This document shows positions 12,565-23,600 of a stretch of 55,543 bases of DNA, in pieces. The notes under the pieces are model-generated. The model was not told where the DNA came from. It saw only the letters and a list, made by a program, of their open reading frames with translations, and did not search any database. Every line of letters begins with the position of its first letter. Position 1 is the first letter of the stretch. This stretch comes from a virus (taxonomy: Duplodnaviria > Heunggongvirae > Uroviricota > Caudoviricetes): the IMG/VR virus record IMGVR_UViG_3300022719_000284, positions 154,827 to 210,369 of that record; one strand, given 5' to 3'. A program made the position numbers and the translations under genes.

Positions 12565-15500
12565 TATTATCTACCCCTGTCACTGCTTTGGGAGAGAACG
12601 GAGTCATATCTTGGCGATTAGACATACCTTTCAAAAGAGAGAGCTTACGTTCTTGAGGTATATCCTTAGACATAACTCTAGCTAATATCTGAAATTCCGA
12701 ATGAATTGCTTTTTTAACAACAGGAGAATCTGATGCAGTTCCTATCTTATACAAATGCTCCCCAATAGCCTCTATTGTTCTATTTTCAATTGGCAAATCA
12801 GTGTTAACTCCTAATCTTTTCAGCAAGTAAGCCATTAATTCCGTCTTCATAGCATGCCCATCAACCATGCTACTAATGGTTCTCATAGTTTCTCCGGGAC
12901 TAGTTAATTTAAGCATATTCTGCCTACTTCCAAGGAAATGCTCTAAAATGTCCAAAGCTTCGTTAGACGAAAGAACAACAAAATCATTCTGAGAGTCCCA
13001 AACGGGGATAGATTTTAAACCTTCCCCAGACATGACCTCTTGTTCCATCGCTTGATCGCCTGTAAATTGTTTCCGCCATTCAGCAATTTTCTTTCTATAT
13101 TTAGAATCCTCGTTCAACTCTTCCATAGTTTCTTCTAGGTTCAATCCCGCGGCCGAGGACCATTGCTTAAGAGTTACAGGAACTCCAGCTTCATCAGCAG
13201 TCTTAAGCATATCAAGGAAATTCATGTCCCCTTCTGGCTGGAGCTTCTTATCCCATGCAATCTTGGGTATAAGAAGGTCTTCCTTGGGTATCTTCATTGC
13301 TTTCTTGTAGTCCATTGTAGGTCTTAACGACATGGGACCCTTACGAGCGTCCTTCTTTACAAAGCCGTGAACTCTAGCCAAGGTGGCGAAGATTTTTTCA
13401 TAAAAAACTCGGCGGTCCATGTAGGACCGTAAAGTCCTGAGGGACTCCATAAATACCGACAGGGCGGTCTCCATGTTATTGTAGGTATTCGAAACCATTA
13501 TAGAGTTTCCGACAAACAAATGCTCAGATTTGTCATTGAGAGTTAAGCAATAGGTGTTCTTTTCGCCAACATCCTCAATAGACTCAATAGGTGTGAAGAA
13601 ATATCGGTTATCTGAGAAAATTTTATTATCGTCCGTATTTTCTAGATCTTCGTAACTGACAGCAGCATAGTTGAATTTCTTACGAGTGGACACGTTATAG
13701 TAGCCCTCTACGGCGTATGAGGGCACTCCGAAACCAGACACTTTACCTTCAACTATATTTAAGGCTGCACGCAACTTTTCAAAACCGCGATAAGTATATT
13801 CAGTTTTAGAGACCAATTCGGAAACATCTCTTGAGCCGAGCACAAGCTTATGACAACCTCTTCCGTGAGACTGGATAACCCCAAAAGGAATACCGTTGGA
13901 GGCCAAAAGCGACTTCAATTGAATGAGAAGCTTTTTGCTAGACGAAATAAAAGATATTGACTTCCGAGATAGATTCACATTGCCATCACCTTCTAAAAAG
14001 GCCGCGGCAAAGGCTATTTGGCTCTTAGAATCAGCCTGTAATACGCTCCAAGGGACAACCTTATGATGAGAAGCCGACTTACCTTCCTTGTCTCCGTCTG
14101 TGTAGCATCCAAGCTCATCCAACCATTCAACCAAAGTTTTGCTACAAACTACCGAATCGTAGCACGTATTATATTTCCCAGGAATAGCAGTAGGGTGAAG
14201 CTTTGTACCTAATCCGAATATCTTGTACACAAGATTTTCGTATTGCTGTAGCAATTCAGGATCGCTGTTAGAAAAACGTACTTGACTTGCTTTCTTCAGA
14301 ATTGACCCCTCGCTAACCAATAGACCCAACAAATAAGCCAAATCGGGGGTCATTGTTGAAGGCTTAGTTACAACTTTTCTTTGTCCTCCGTGTATTACAT
14401 TGGATGGATTAGATAGGTTCAACTCAAGAACACCACTCCTAGTGTACGCCTTAGTGGTAGAACTCAAAAGATCTCCTATCTCCAGACTATCTGCGCGCAC
14501 CTGTTCAAACACACCATCTCTAAGGACTAAGAATGGGTGATTGCCTGTGGCTTCAATACTGTTGCCAACGGCGTCGGTAATTCTAAGAACGGGCTTTACT
14601 CCATTATCGAGCCATTTAACGATTTGGGCTTGTTTATTGTGGGAACTAACATTAAGTCCTTTCACATCTTTCCAAGTTCCCCATCTATCCTGCGTTTCGT
14701 TAGTCCCCATTTCTCCGATAGCGGCTATTTCGAGCAAACCTCTGTCAGTCTGAACCAATGTGTCTCCAACCACACAAGCATCGCCACTGTTATGCGTCAG
14801 GATGCCAGAAGCTACGAAGGATCTGTCACAATTTGAATTCATCATGAGGTCGTAAGTGTCTACATAATTCTCTGTATCTTCAACCAGAGACACTTGGTCC
14901 AAGAAATACTCTTCCTCAAGGAGGTCCATGGCTTGACCATAGGTGTTGGGGTCTACACGTCTTAGCATGCTTAGCCACTTATCGTACTCGCCTCTCTTGT
15001 AGGCGTCGTAGTGCATAATCTTAGGAGGCAATGAGGCCACCCAACCCTCAATGAATATATCTCCACCGCCCTCAGTTTTGAATTGAACTCCGCTATTAGT
15101 TATCTTGATTATCTTCTTTTCCGCCTTTGAGACAAACTGCTCCGCGGGCAGTCCATAGCGGTTATGGTTTAGTTCGACACCATCAAACTTAACATACTTG
15201 TCAACCAAATGGGGCTTCAGTTTTTCCATTAGCTTGATAGCAAAGGTTCCATGCACATCTACGGACTTATCTCTACAGTTTGATACTATCCCATGAGTAG
15301 ACAGCATGATATGAAGCTGCTTGCGGATTTTATCGGAATAAGAAATGAAACTAATAGTTCTCTTGGAGAAGTCTACAGTACCGTCCCCTTCCAAGTAGGC
15401 TGCCAAAAAGGATAGCTGTGATTGTGCGTCTGCTTCAAGTATAGACCAAGGAACTTCCTTAAAGTAAGAATTATTCTTACCAAGACCCTCTTCGCTTGCT

Positions 15501-17308
15501 TTGACCCCCAACTCGTACAACACAGCGGACAACTGCTTACTATTGGTGTTAACATCCATGCACACCTTAGTGCTAGTTGTGTCAATACCCGCTATAGTGA
15601 TTTCTCCTTGGGCTTGCTTGCTGTAAACAAACGAGTCCAATCCAAAAACCTTCTTCATTTTACTCACGTAAGAATCAACTAAACTGTTGGATGAGTTGCA
15701 GAAACGTGTACGATAAGTGTCCACACAGCCTTCAGAAACTATACTCCCGAGAAGGAAAGCCAAATCGGGGGTCATTCGTTTCGGGAAAAGAACCTTGTTC
15801 TTGGAAGGGATCTTAGATATATCGTTTCGGGAAATCTTCCTATCGAGAGATAGCGTCTTAGATCTGGTGCATTCATTCACAGGAACGATCACAAAGTCTT
15901 CCTTAGTAACACCGTCTAATTCAGTCCACAATACTTCTCCATCCCGAAGAATTGCAATCTTGTGTTCCTTTGTGGCTTCGAGTTCGTAGCCACTGAATGT
16001 GATCAATTTGGAAACATTCTTCTTTCCGCTATACACCCATGAATCTACAGTGCCGTGACCATATTGAGAGTTGACAGTTATGCTCCTGCCATCATAGGGT
16101 GTATTTGATTGGAAGTTAGGAATTCGTCCCTTATCCAGAAAGTCTTCTATTTTAACAATGCCGCGCTCTACAGTGGGTATGTAGGTATCTCCAGCCAGAC
16201 ACAAGAACGCATCTGAAATACCAAGTGCTCTCATCTTGCCTTCAGTCAAAAAGGCCCATTCATCACTTAATTTCCAAAAATCTGCTCCACCTCTTACTTC
16301 GCTTGTTTCTACACCAGTTCTGGTCGTAACTACAGCCCCTATGGGATCCTCATCCGCTTGTATGAAAAGCCCAGAAATAGCTTCAAGCTCTTCTTCTGTC
16401 GGCTCCCACATATTCTCCAAACCTGCTGTCACATGCAAAATAGACCTAGTGCGTCTCCTAGCATTAGTAACTGTACTCTCTATTAGAGATTTTTCTAAAG
16501 CCCAAAAACTTACGATCCTAGTCAAAAAACTAGTACCGACATAATCATAAGGACTAGAGCGCCTTGGAACAAAAATGGTACTAAGTGGATTTAATTGATA
16601 CGTACCTTGTTTTTCGAATTGAGCAAAGTATTCATCCGGAAGTTGATCCCTAACAGCTACATCTCTTTCATCCATAGAGTGTAGGAAATTCTTCATGGCA
16701 GGAGAAGCTACCAAATCTATTTTAGGATCAAATCCTCTTACCGGTATAGGTTCAATTCTCAGAAAGTCGGGGTCATGATGAGTCCAGTCAACAAAAACAC
16801 CTTTCCGACTATCAAAAATCAAAGAGCTACAAAACTTACCTATAGTCAAAAACTCTTTAACAAGCTCAGGCATCATTGTAACAATGTCTAAACGTTCCAT
16901 AGTATCCTGATACACTCTAAGTATTGCAGGATCATCAATACCTGTTAATCTGCATTCGCTGTAAGGAAGGTTGCTATACAAATCAATTGCAGGGCCTACG
17001 ATAGCATCTCTCAAATATATTAAACGCCACATCTGATGCAGACCGGACGCATCACGGGGCATCCAATCTTCTATAAGGGAACCAATTTCGAGATGGTCAT
17101 GTACAGGATTGTAACGAGAAACGTCATACTGACCGCCAGAAGTCAAATTTCTTCCAGTACCACTTCCTGGGAATCCGAAACCACCTCCCCCTCCAGATCC
17201 GCCTCCAGATCCCCCTACGTTGGAAGTTACAGTCTTACCTAAACTCGCACTAGAATCTCTAGATGAGTGGGCGCTTCGACTTTTTTTACCGTCAAAATTA
17301 AAGTTCAT
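12554..17308 (-). CDS. Portal protein interrupted by two inteins (spliced about 683 aa)
   Basis: Lies between terminase and protease; two HINT/LAGLIDADG insertions; extein reads GISDAFL-SGDA-TYNNMETAL. Confidence 0.8.
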   Translation of the reverse strand: MNFNFDGKKSRSAHSSRDSSASLGKTVTSNVGGSGGGSGGGGGFGFPGSGTGRNLTSGGQYDVSRYNPVHDHLEIGSLIEDWMPRDASGLHQMWRLIYLRDAIVGPAIDLYSNLPYSECRLTGIDDPAILRVYQDTMERLDIVTMMPELVKEFLTIGKFCSSLIFDSRKGVFVDWTHHDPDFLRIEPIPVRGFDPKIDLVASPAMKNFLHSMDERDVAVRDQLPDEYFAQFEKQGTYQLNPLSTIFVPRRSSPYDYVGTSFLTRIVSFWALEKSLIESTVTNARRRTRSILHVTAGLENMWEPTEEELEAISGLFIQADEDPIGAVVTTRTGVETSEVRGGADFWKLSDEWAFLTEGKMRALGISDAFLCLAGDTYIPTVERGIVKIEDFLDKGRIPNFQSNTPYDGRSITVNSQYGHGTVDSWVYSGKKNVSKLITFSGYELEATKEHKIAILRDGEVLWTELDGVTKEDFVIVPVNECTRSKTLSLDRKISRNDISKIPSKNKVLFPKRMTPDLAFLLGSIVSEGCVDTYRTRFCNSSNSLVDSYVSKMKKVFGLDSFVYSKQAQGEITIAGIDTTSTKVCMDVNTNSKQLSAVLYELGVKASEEGLGKNNSYFKEVPWSILEADAQSQLSFLAAYLEGDGTVDFSKRTISFISYSDKIRKQLHIMLSTHGIVSNCRDKSVDVHGTFAIKLMEKLKPHLVDKYVKFDGVELNHNRYGLPAEQFVSKAEKKIIKITNSGVQFKTEGGGDIFIEGWVASLPPKIMHYDAYKRGEYDKWLSMLRRVDPNTYGQAMDLLEEEYFLDQVSLVEDTENYVDTYDLMMNSNCDRSFVASGILTHNSGDACVVGDTLVQTDRGLLEIAAIGEMGTNETQDRWGTWKDVKGLNVSSHNKQAQIVKWLDNGVKPVLRITDAVGNSIEATGNHPFLVLRDGVFEQVRADSLEIGDLLSSTTKAYTRSGVLELNLSNPSNVIHGGQRKVVTKPSTMTPDLAYLLGLLVSEGSILKKASQVRFSNSDPELLQQYENLVYKIFGLGTKLHPTAIPGKYNTCYDSVVCSKTLVEWLDELGCYTDGDKEGKSASHHKVVPWSVLQADSKSQIAFAAAFLEGDGNVNLSRKSISFISSSKKLLIQLKSLLASNGIPFGVIQSHGRGCHKLVLGSRDVSELVSKTEYTYRGFEKLRAALNIVEGKVSGFGVPSYAVEGYYNVSTRKKFNYAAVSYEDLENTDDNKIFSDNRYFFTPIESIEDVGEKNTYCLTLNDKSEHLFVGNSIMVSNTYNNMETALSVFMESLRTLRSYMDRRVFYEKIFATLARVHGFVKKDARKGPMSLRPTMDYKKAMKIPKEDLLIPKIAWDKKLQPEGDMNFLDMLKTADEAGVPVTLKQWSSAAGLNLEETMEELNEDSKYRKKIAEWRKQFTGDQAMEQEVMSGEGLKSIPVWDSQNDFVVLSSNEALDILEHFLGSRQNMLKLTSPGETMRTISSMVDGHAMKTELMAYLLKRLGVNTDLPIENRTIEAIGEHLYKIGTASDSPVVKKAIHSEFQILARVMSKDIPQERKLSLLKGMSNRQDMTPFSPKAVTGVDNNAS
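13487..14776 (-). mobile_element. Intein 2 of portal (430 aa, LAGLIDADG)
   Basis: Starts CVVGDT, ends IMVSN/T; LAYLLGLLVSEG and FAAAFLEGDG motifs. Confidence 0.9.
14789..16201 (-). mobile_element. Intein 1 of portal (471 aa, LAGLIDADG)
   Basis: Starts CLAGDT, ends ILTHN/S; LAFLLGSIVSEG and FLAAYLEGDG motifs. Confidence 0.9.
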
Positions 17309-17311
17309 TTA

Positions 17312-17617
17312 TTACTCAGCCGGCATGCAAACGTTATGAATAGGGCAAAAGTAGGCAGCCCTACTGGTCGCCAAGGTAACAGGTTGCATATGGGCAAAGC
17401 AGATAGGGCATTCATCTACCCTCTGGGGATATTCCACAGGACGCCTAAGGGAAAAATTAGCTAACGCCGTACTCTTTTCCCCTGACTGGAGCCCCGATAA
17501 AACAGCAACAACTTTACCCTCAGTATCTGCTTTAGCAACCCGTGCGGTAGTACGTAATTTCTTGGCCATCTCTTCGGATAACTTTAGTCTTTCTGCGACT
17601 TTTGCTACTATGTCCAT
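17312..17617 (-). CDS. Small Zn-ribbon protein
   Basis: CPIC...CPIH motif, between terminase and portal. Confidence 0.6.
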   Translation of the reverse strand: MDIVAKVAERLKLSEEMAKKLRTTARVAKADTEGKVVAVLSGLQSGEKSTALANFSLRRPVEYPQRVDECPICFAHMQPVTLATSRAAYFCPIHNVCMPAE

Positions 17618-17627
17618 AGTAATTCCC

Positions 17628-20600
17628 TTAGTGCCTATTTCTATAATTTCTTTTAGTTGCTAATTTGGCCCCAGAAGTAGTCTTTTTAGGATCTACCATG
17701 CCTGAACCTGCGCTCTTAGATAACATAACCCCAATATTCCCTCCGGCCCCTCCAGCAGCGTCCACAGCGTACACTCGTTTGTATTGGGGCTGAACTATGT
17801 GATACATACCTAGACACAAAGCTCTAAACATGTCATCATCCCCACTTACTGGTTTTGTGACCCTTCTACCTACTTGCCGTACAGTTAACATTTGAAGTAT
17901 CAATGTTAGTATAGGTTTTCCTGCAACAAATTCTAGAGGATTTTCGTAAGTCAACCTAAGCTCTTCTGGTGTACGTTCTGGTTTTGGCAAAATCAGCTCT
18001 CCAGAAGCCAAACGGGCTGCAATTTCAATAAAATCCTGAAATTTCATGGAATATTGTTCAGATAAAACCTTATGCTGTCTTAATTTTTGTACCAAATCCG
18101 TACTGTTCCACGTGTCAGAAAACATATGCTTGATAAGAAGATTTTGAACTATAGGCTGAAAACAATACTCCCACATTAAATGAAAATTAATAGGAATGCC
18201 TTCCTCCGGGGTAACATCAAAAACGGCGTCAACTCGCGGGCGATCTCTTTTTGAGTCCCATGTCATTAACATTACAGCAAAATGGTTTCTCTTTTCCCCT
18301 GCGTCTACTAACAGCATTCTTGGTTTTCTTTTATCAACGAGAGGGACATTAACTGAAGCATATTTTGTTTTATTACCAAAGTCATCCACATGGTACTGTG
18401 TTTTAATTCGCAACAAATTATGCTTATGGTTTGGATCTATCATAAGATCTACACAATTGGGATTATCAATAAAAGGATCATTTGCCAATGGAGGGACTGC
18501 ACCAAAGTCTCTCTCGGCAACCATTTTACTTTTATTGAATTCCGGTTGAAGACTCTCTCTAGAGATGTTTGGGTTAGCTTCCCAGGTAGGGTAATGATAA
18601 GCATAAATCTTGGGATTATCCCTGGATTCTCTGACTGAGCGCATAATCCTATCGTCTTTTGCGGAAGGGCTGGAAATATTACAGGCGTAAGCATCTATAG
18701 TATTGTACAGCCCCTGTAGTCTCTTTTTTTCCGCCATACTTCGAACGGTTCTTAGAGAGTTATCTAGAGCTGCCGAAATCTCGTCAGCAGATAAGGTGAC
18801 AGATTGCTTAGCAGCATCCGCTTCCATCCACCCCACCTCGTCGATGGCAGTGTTGTTATTTAACAAGCAATTTGCATAAAAACGATGTGAAGGCTCGACA
18901 GTAAAATCGTATACATCAATGTTACCAACATTCTCCTTAGAAACAATTTTTGAAAAACACAACTCATCGTTTCTAGCCCTGTTAAGTGTAGAGTACAGAT
19001 CCTCATCAACTATTTTCAAGTTATTCATAAACACTGTGGACAAACGTCTCGGATTAACCAATTTAAGTTCTCTACCTTGTATGTTTCCACAATCTCGCAT
19101 CAACGTATGAGACTCAACAAGAGACCCAATTGGTAATGAGACCTCTCTACCGTCTAAAGTTTTCCACACACTACGATGATTATTGATGTTACTTGTACTT
19201 AAATGAGTAACATCAATAGGCATCATTTCATGGGAAGAACGAGAATCATCAGCAACAGAGGATTCAAAGCTATGTTTTCTTTCCAAACCAAAACCTACTA
19301 TATCAAAAAACCTTTTTCTGTCGCTACCATACATCGATACTTTATAATAGTTTCTACCCCGCCTCTCGTATCTCTTAATATGTGACAATATTCCCAAATT
19401 AAAAAGCAAGAGTCTTATTCCCTCTGCCAATTTTGGGGCACTAATATAATAACTAACTTGAGTATCGGTTGCCATTCCATCGCCGTCAAAAAAACCACGA
19501 AGAAACAATACCACTAAGTCTTTGGGAGCTTTTCGTATGGGCCAAGGTACATCCTTAATGGTACAGCCTTCATATTCGTAACCAAGATAATGGATAAACT
19601 GGCCCACAAAAGCACTTTGATTATCCATATTCCAGGCTTTTCCTGAGGATTTTGACTTTCGAGGCTCAAGTCCAAAGCAAGATAAAAATAGTTTTCTATA
19701 TCTTTCTAGACAGTAGGGATCACCGGATGTAAAACGAATCCTATAAGCTGTAGATTTTTTGCCCTTCCTACACGTTTTTACAAGTGAACCCCCCGCCCAG
19801 AGAAATCCCATCAGCTCTGCGAGTTCTGGTGTTAGGGCATCCGGAACCACGGAATGCATTCTTTTATCCATAACAGAAAGCTGTTTATCAGAACGCTTTC
19901 CACCAAATCTATCTCTTTTATAATCAAAATCAAAAGAAGGCGGTGTGGACGGAAACACATCGAATTTCGGAGTCTGGAGAACAAAGTAATCTTGCTCCGG
20001 TATAATATCTCCCAGTTTCTTCATCTGATATCCGTTTATTGGGTTATACACATAAACAGGATGCACAGAAGTACCTGTGATTTGAGTTCCGTCCTTACTC
20101 TCAATTCTGATCCCTGGAACGTTTTTGTATTGGAACATGTGAGTGGCATCTTCAAACTTAGATAGGGCAGCAACTTTCAAATTGTCAACTTTATCAACTC
20201 TATCAGAATTTGATAAGACAGGAATAAACAAGTTAGCTATATCAAATGTTCCAAAATTTGTCGTAACCTGGGTGTCTCCAGCAACACAAAATATTCGAGT
20301 CTTACCACGAAGGCGTCTTTTATTAGGAGCTTCATACATGCAAGCAATACGTTTATGTTTGTACACTAGAAAGGTTCTTGGTCGGTGAAGCAACTCAGTT
20401 CCTAGCTTCTCCCCAGTATCAGAGAGAAGTTGATGATATTCCTTAAACCAAGGGGCTTCATCAACATACTCTTTAAAAGGGGTCCAAAGAGATGCCTCTG
20501 CCTGACCGGCAGAAATTGCTGTCATACTCATGTAAAGTTGAGACGAAGAGAGTAATCCAAGGTAATTTATCGGATCCGGAATAACTAAATATCTGTGCAG

Positions 20601-23600
20601 AACATAAGCAGCTATCATAGCTACCAGAGCCGATTTACCGCTATTGCTGGAAGTTATTCCGTTAGACCAGAAAGAATGGTCCCCTGGAACAGTAAAGTCA
20701 TAAGTTCTAGAAATGGGACCTTCTTCTATATTACTGACCATAACAAAATAGTCGGAAGAACTAGCAGACACTAGGAAAGAATTTATACGTTCACAAAGTT
20801 CCTTAGAAAGAAATCTGTGCCATTCTTCTGTGAACGGGGTCAAAATATCAAACACTTTCTTTTTAGATAGCGCAACATTATCTGCTTTCCGCATTCGATT
20901 ATAAACATCTGTCTTCTTAACACCCAATACAGATTGTATACCTAATTTTCTAGACTTCTTATTAAAAGGGTGTGGTTGGGAATTCAAATGATCCTTCAAA
21001 TCTTTCATTAGATGAAGAAATTTTTCTTTGTCCGCCACAGAATATTTTTGATACCAAAAGGGCATGTTTAATTTACGAGAGTCAAGACCCGCTATTGCCT
21101 TTTGTACTCTTTTCTCTTTGTACTCTAAACCAAAAGATATGATTTCATGGAACAATGCCATGGCAGGCCCTTCCACAACAACAGTGTAACATCTAACAGG
21201 GTTCTGCGTAGCGGAACCATTAGTAGCTTTTGACATCTTAGAACATATCTTACTTGGAATACCTAAGTTTTGCAGCATAAGAGCAACATGCTGACAAAGC
21301 TTTTCGGAAATCGATGTATATTCGATAGATCGATTACTTACGTACCCATCACCATCATATAGTCCAGATAAAAAAGCACACACATAATCCTTAGGTGCTT
21401 TTCGTATACATTTTGGTATTTCTTTATTTACGCTTTGACTGAATGCCCCAGAACCTAACAATTTCTCTGCAAACAAAGATGCTTTTTGGGTTCTAATACC
21501 CACACTTTTATTTGTTCGATTACACTCCCCAAACCATCTAACAAGTATACTCTCACAAAAATCTAAAACATTTTCATCTAGGTTGGATACTCTTAACCCA
21601 TTTCCTATGGTTCCTTCTGACACTAAATAACCTAAAAAGCGTGCGTCATCAAGAGACATGAATCCTGTTGGAATTCTATGATCTTTTACATTATGTTTGG
21701 CGTTCCTGGGTACTGTATCTAGCCATCTTGAAAAATCTTCATTTATATCATAATAAAAATTATTATAGTTTACAACAGTAGTACCAAAAATATTCTGCCC
21801 ACATGAGACAGGTAAAACACTTCCAATAGATAGATCACGTATTTTAACAAAACCTTTGTCTGTTAACAAAGGGTGATCCGAAGTACCTGTAATACTTAAT
21901 CCGTTAGAAAACCGCACAACATAGGTTTTTTCAGGCTGACTAACAAAAAAACGAGTGGCTTCTCCAACATTCTTCCCTGTGTGCAGTTTCTTAGAAAAAT
22001 GACTAAAACCTTCTGGTAAAGATCTTGCAAAATCGCCAATTTCCACGAGGCCATCAGATGTTAATACATTGGTATCTGCTGTTACACACCGCTGGCCAGC
22101 ACAATTGTGTACCACAATCCCATTACACACAAATTTGTGCTCATTTACCACTTCTATATCGTATACGCGCTCAACGCCAGACTTCTCAATAGAAGATACT
22201 GTATCAAACAGTAAACCAGAAGATAGCAAAGAAAACAGCTTATCGTATAAATCTTCTGATACTTTCCTAAGTTCTTGTAAAACAGGTTTTCCTCTAAAGT
22301 AAAGCTCTCTTCCATCAAAATTGCTGTAGTATATGTTATTACCGTATACAGAGTTATTAGAACCCACCAAGGACACTAATCCCTTAACGGTTACTTCTGT
22401 TCCATAGTCCGTTAGAAATGAAGACCCTCTACATGAGTACCCAGTTCTTCTAAAGATTAATTTCTTTTGCAGAAGATACCTGGGTATGCCGTAGCCGTTA
22501 TCTGCCACATGTTTTTTGGGATAATACTCATTTAACTTACTCACCAAAAACGTATGGATTAAATTGTATAGTTTGTATTTAAAGTTTCCACTAACGTCTA
22601 ATCGATTGTGTTTCCCTGCATCAAAAAATCTATTTGATACAATACCTAGCTGAAGAAACAAGATTTGCATATCTTTGAGGAGAGTATTAGAGCTGCTCCA
22701 AACGGTTATTCTATTATCCCTAATAGACCCATCACCTTCTAAATACCCAGCCACAAAAGCACACTGGGAATCGAAGTCGGATTCCCATATACACGCAGGT
22801 ATATGCGTATCTTTAGAATTTTGACTAATACCAAGCTCTTCAAACCATTTTAGAACTTGTTTGATACTTATTTGAACATGATAATAATCTTTTGTTGAAT
22901 ATGTTTTTACTTCTTCTCCAAAAGCAGATTTAAATGTTCTGGCAGACCCAACGCGGTCCCTTACAGAAACACAGGTATTTAAGCCAAACAAGCTGTTTAA
23001 ATTATCACTGACTTTAGTTAGAAACGACTTATCTGTTCCGTAAATAGCCCCATAATTTCCTTTAGAGGATCCGTCAGAAAGGAGAGCACCTATAACAAAA
23101 GCAAGCTCTGGGGTCATATACTTAGGTGCTTTTATATTAAGTTTTGTTCTACTATTCACTGAAAAACGAAGATCTAAACTATTCCTGTTCTTTACTGCTA
23201 CAGGCATCGGACTAATAGCTACTTGATCGTTCTCATTTAATTTTGAAAGTTCCTTCCACCCTAAGGTCAAATCATCCTGCAATACCTGTACACGATGATC
23301 GGCAGTGCCTTTCACAGTGTAACCCCGAGAAGTTGTTAATGTAAAGACCTCTTTTTTGCCTTGATCCCACCAATTAACTATTTCTGATGTTCCTGATCCA
23401 GTGTTAACAAAATCTCCTACCTTATGCTGCATGTCCTTAAGTCTAAATATTCCAGTACCAGTTTGAACTAAAGCATCACCAGTTATGCAGCCAGCTAGTT
23501 CGTATGGGTTATGAAATATGCCCTCCTTAACAAAATCGTTTCGATTTTTATTGCACTTGGGGCACTTACCGAATTCCAAAAGTTTAATATTATCTAAAAT

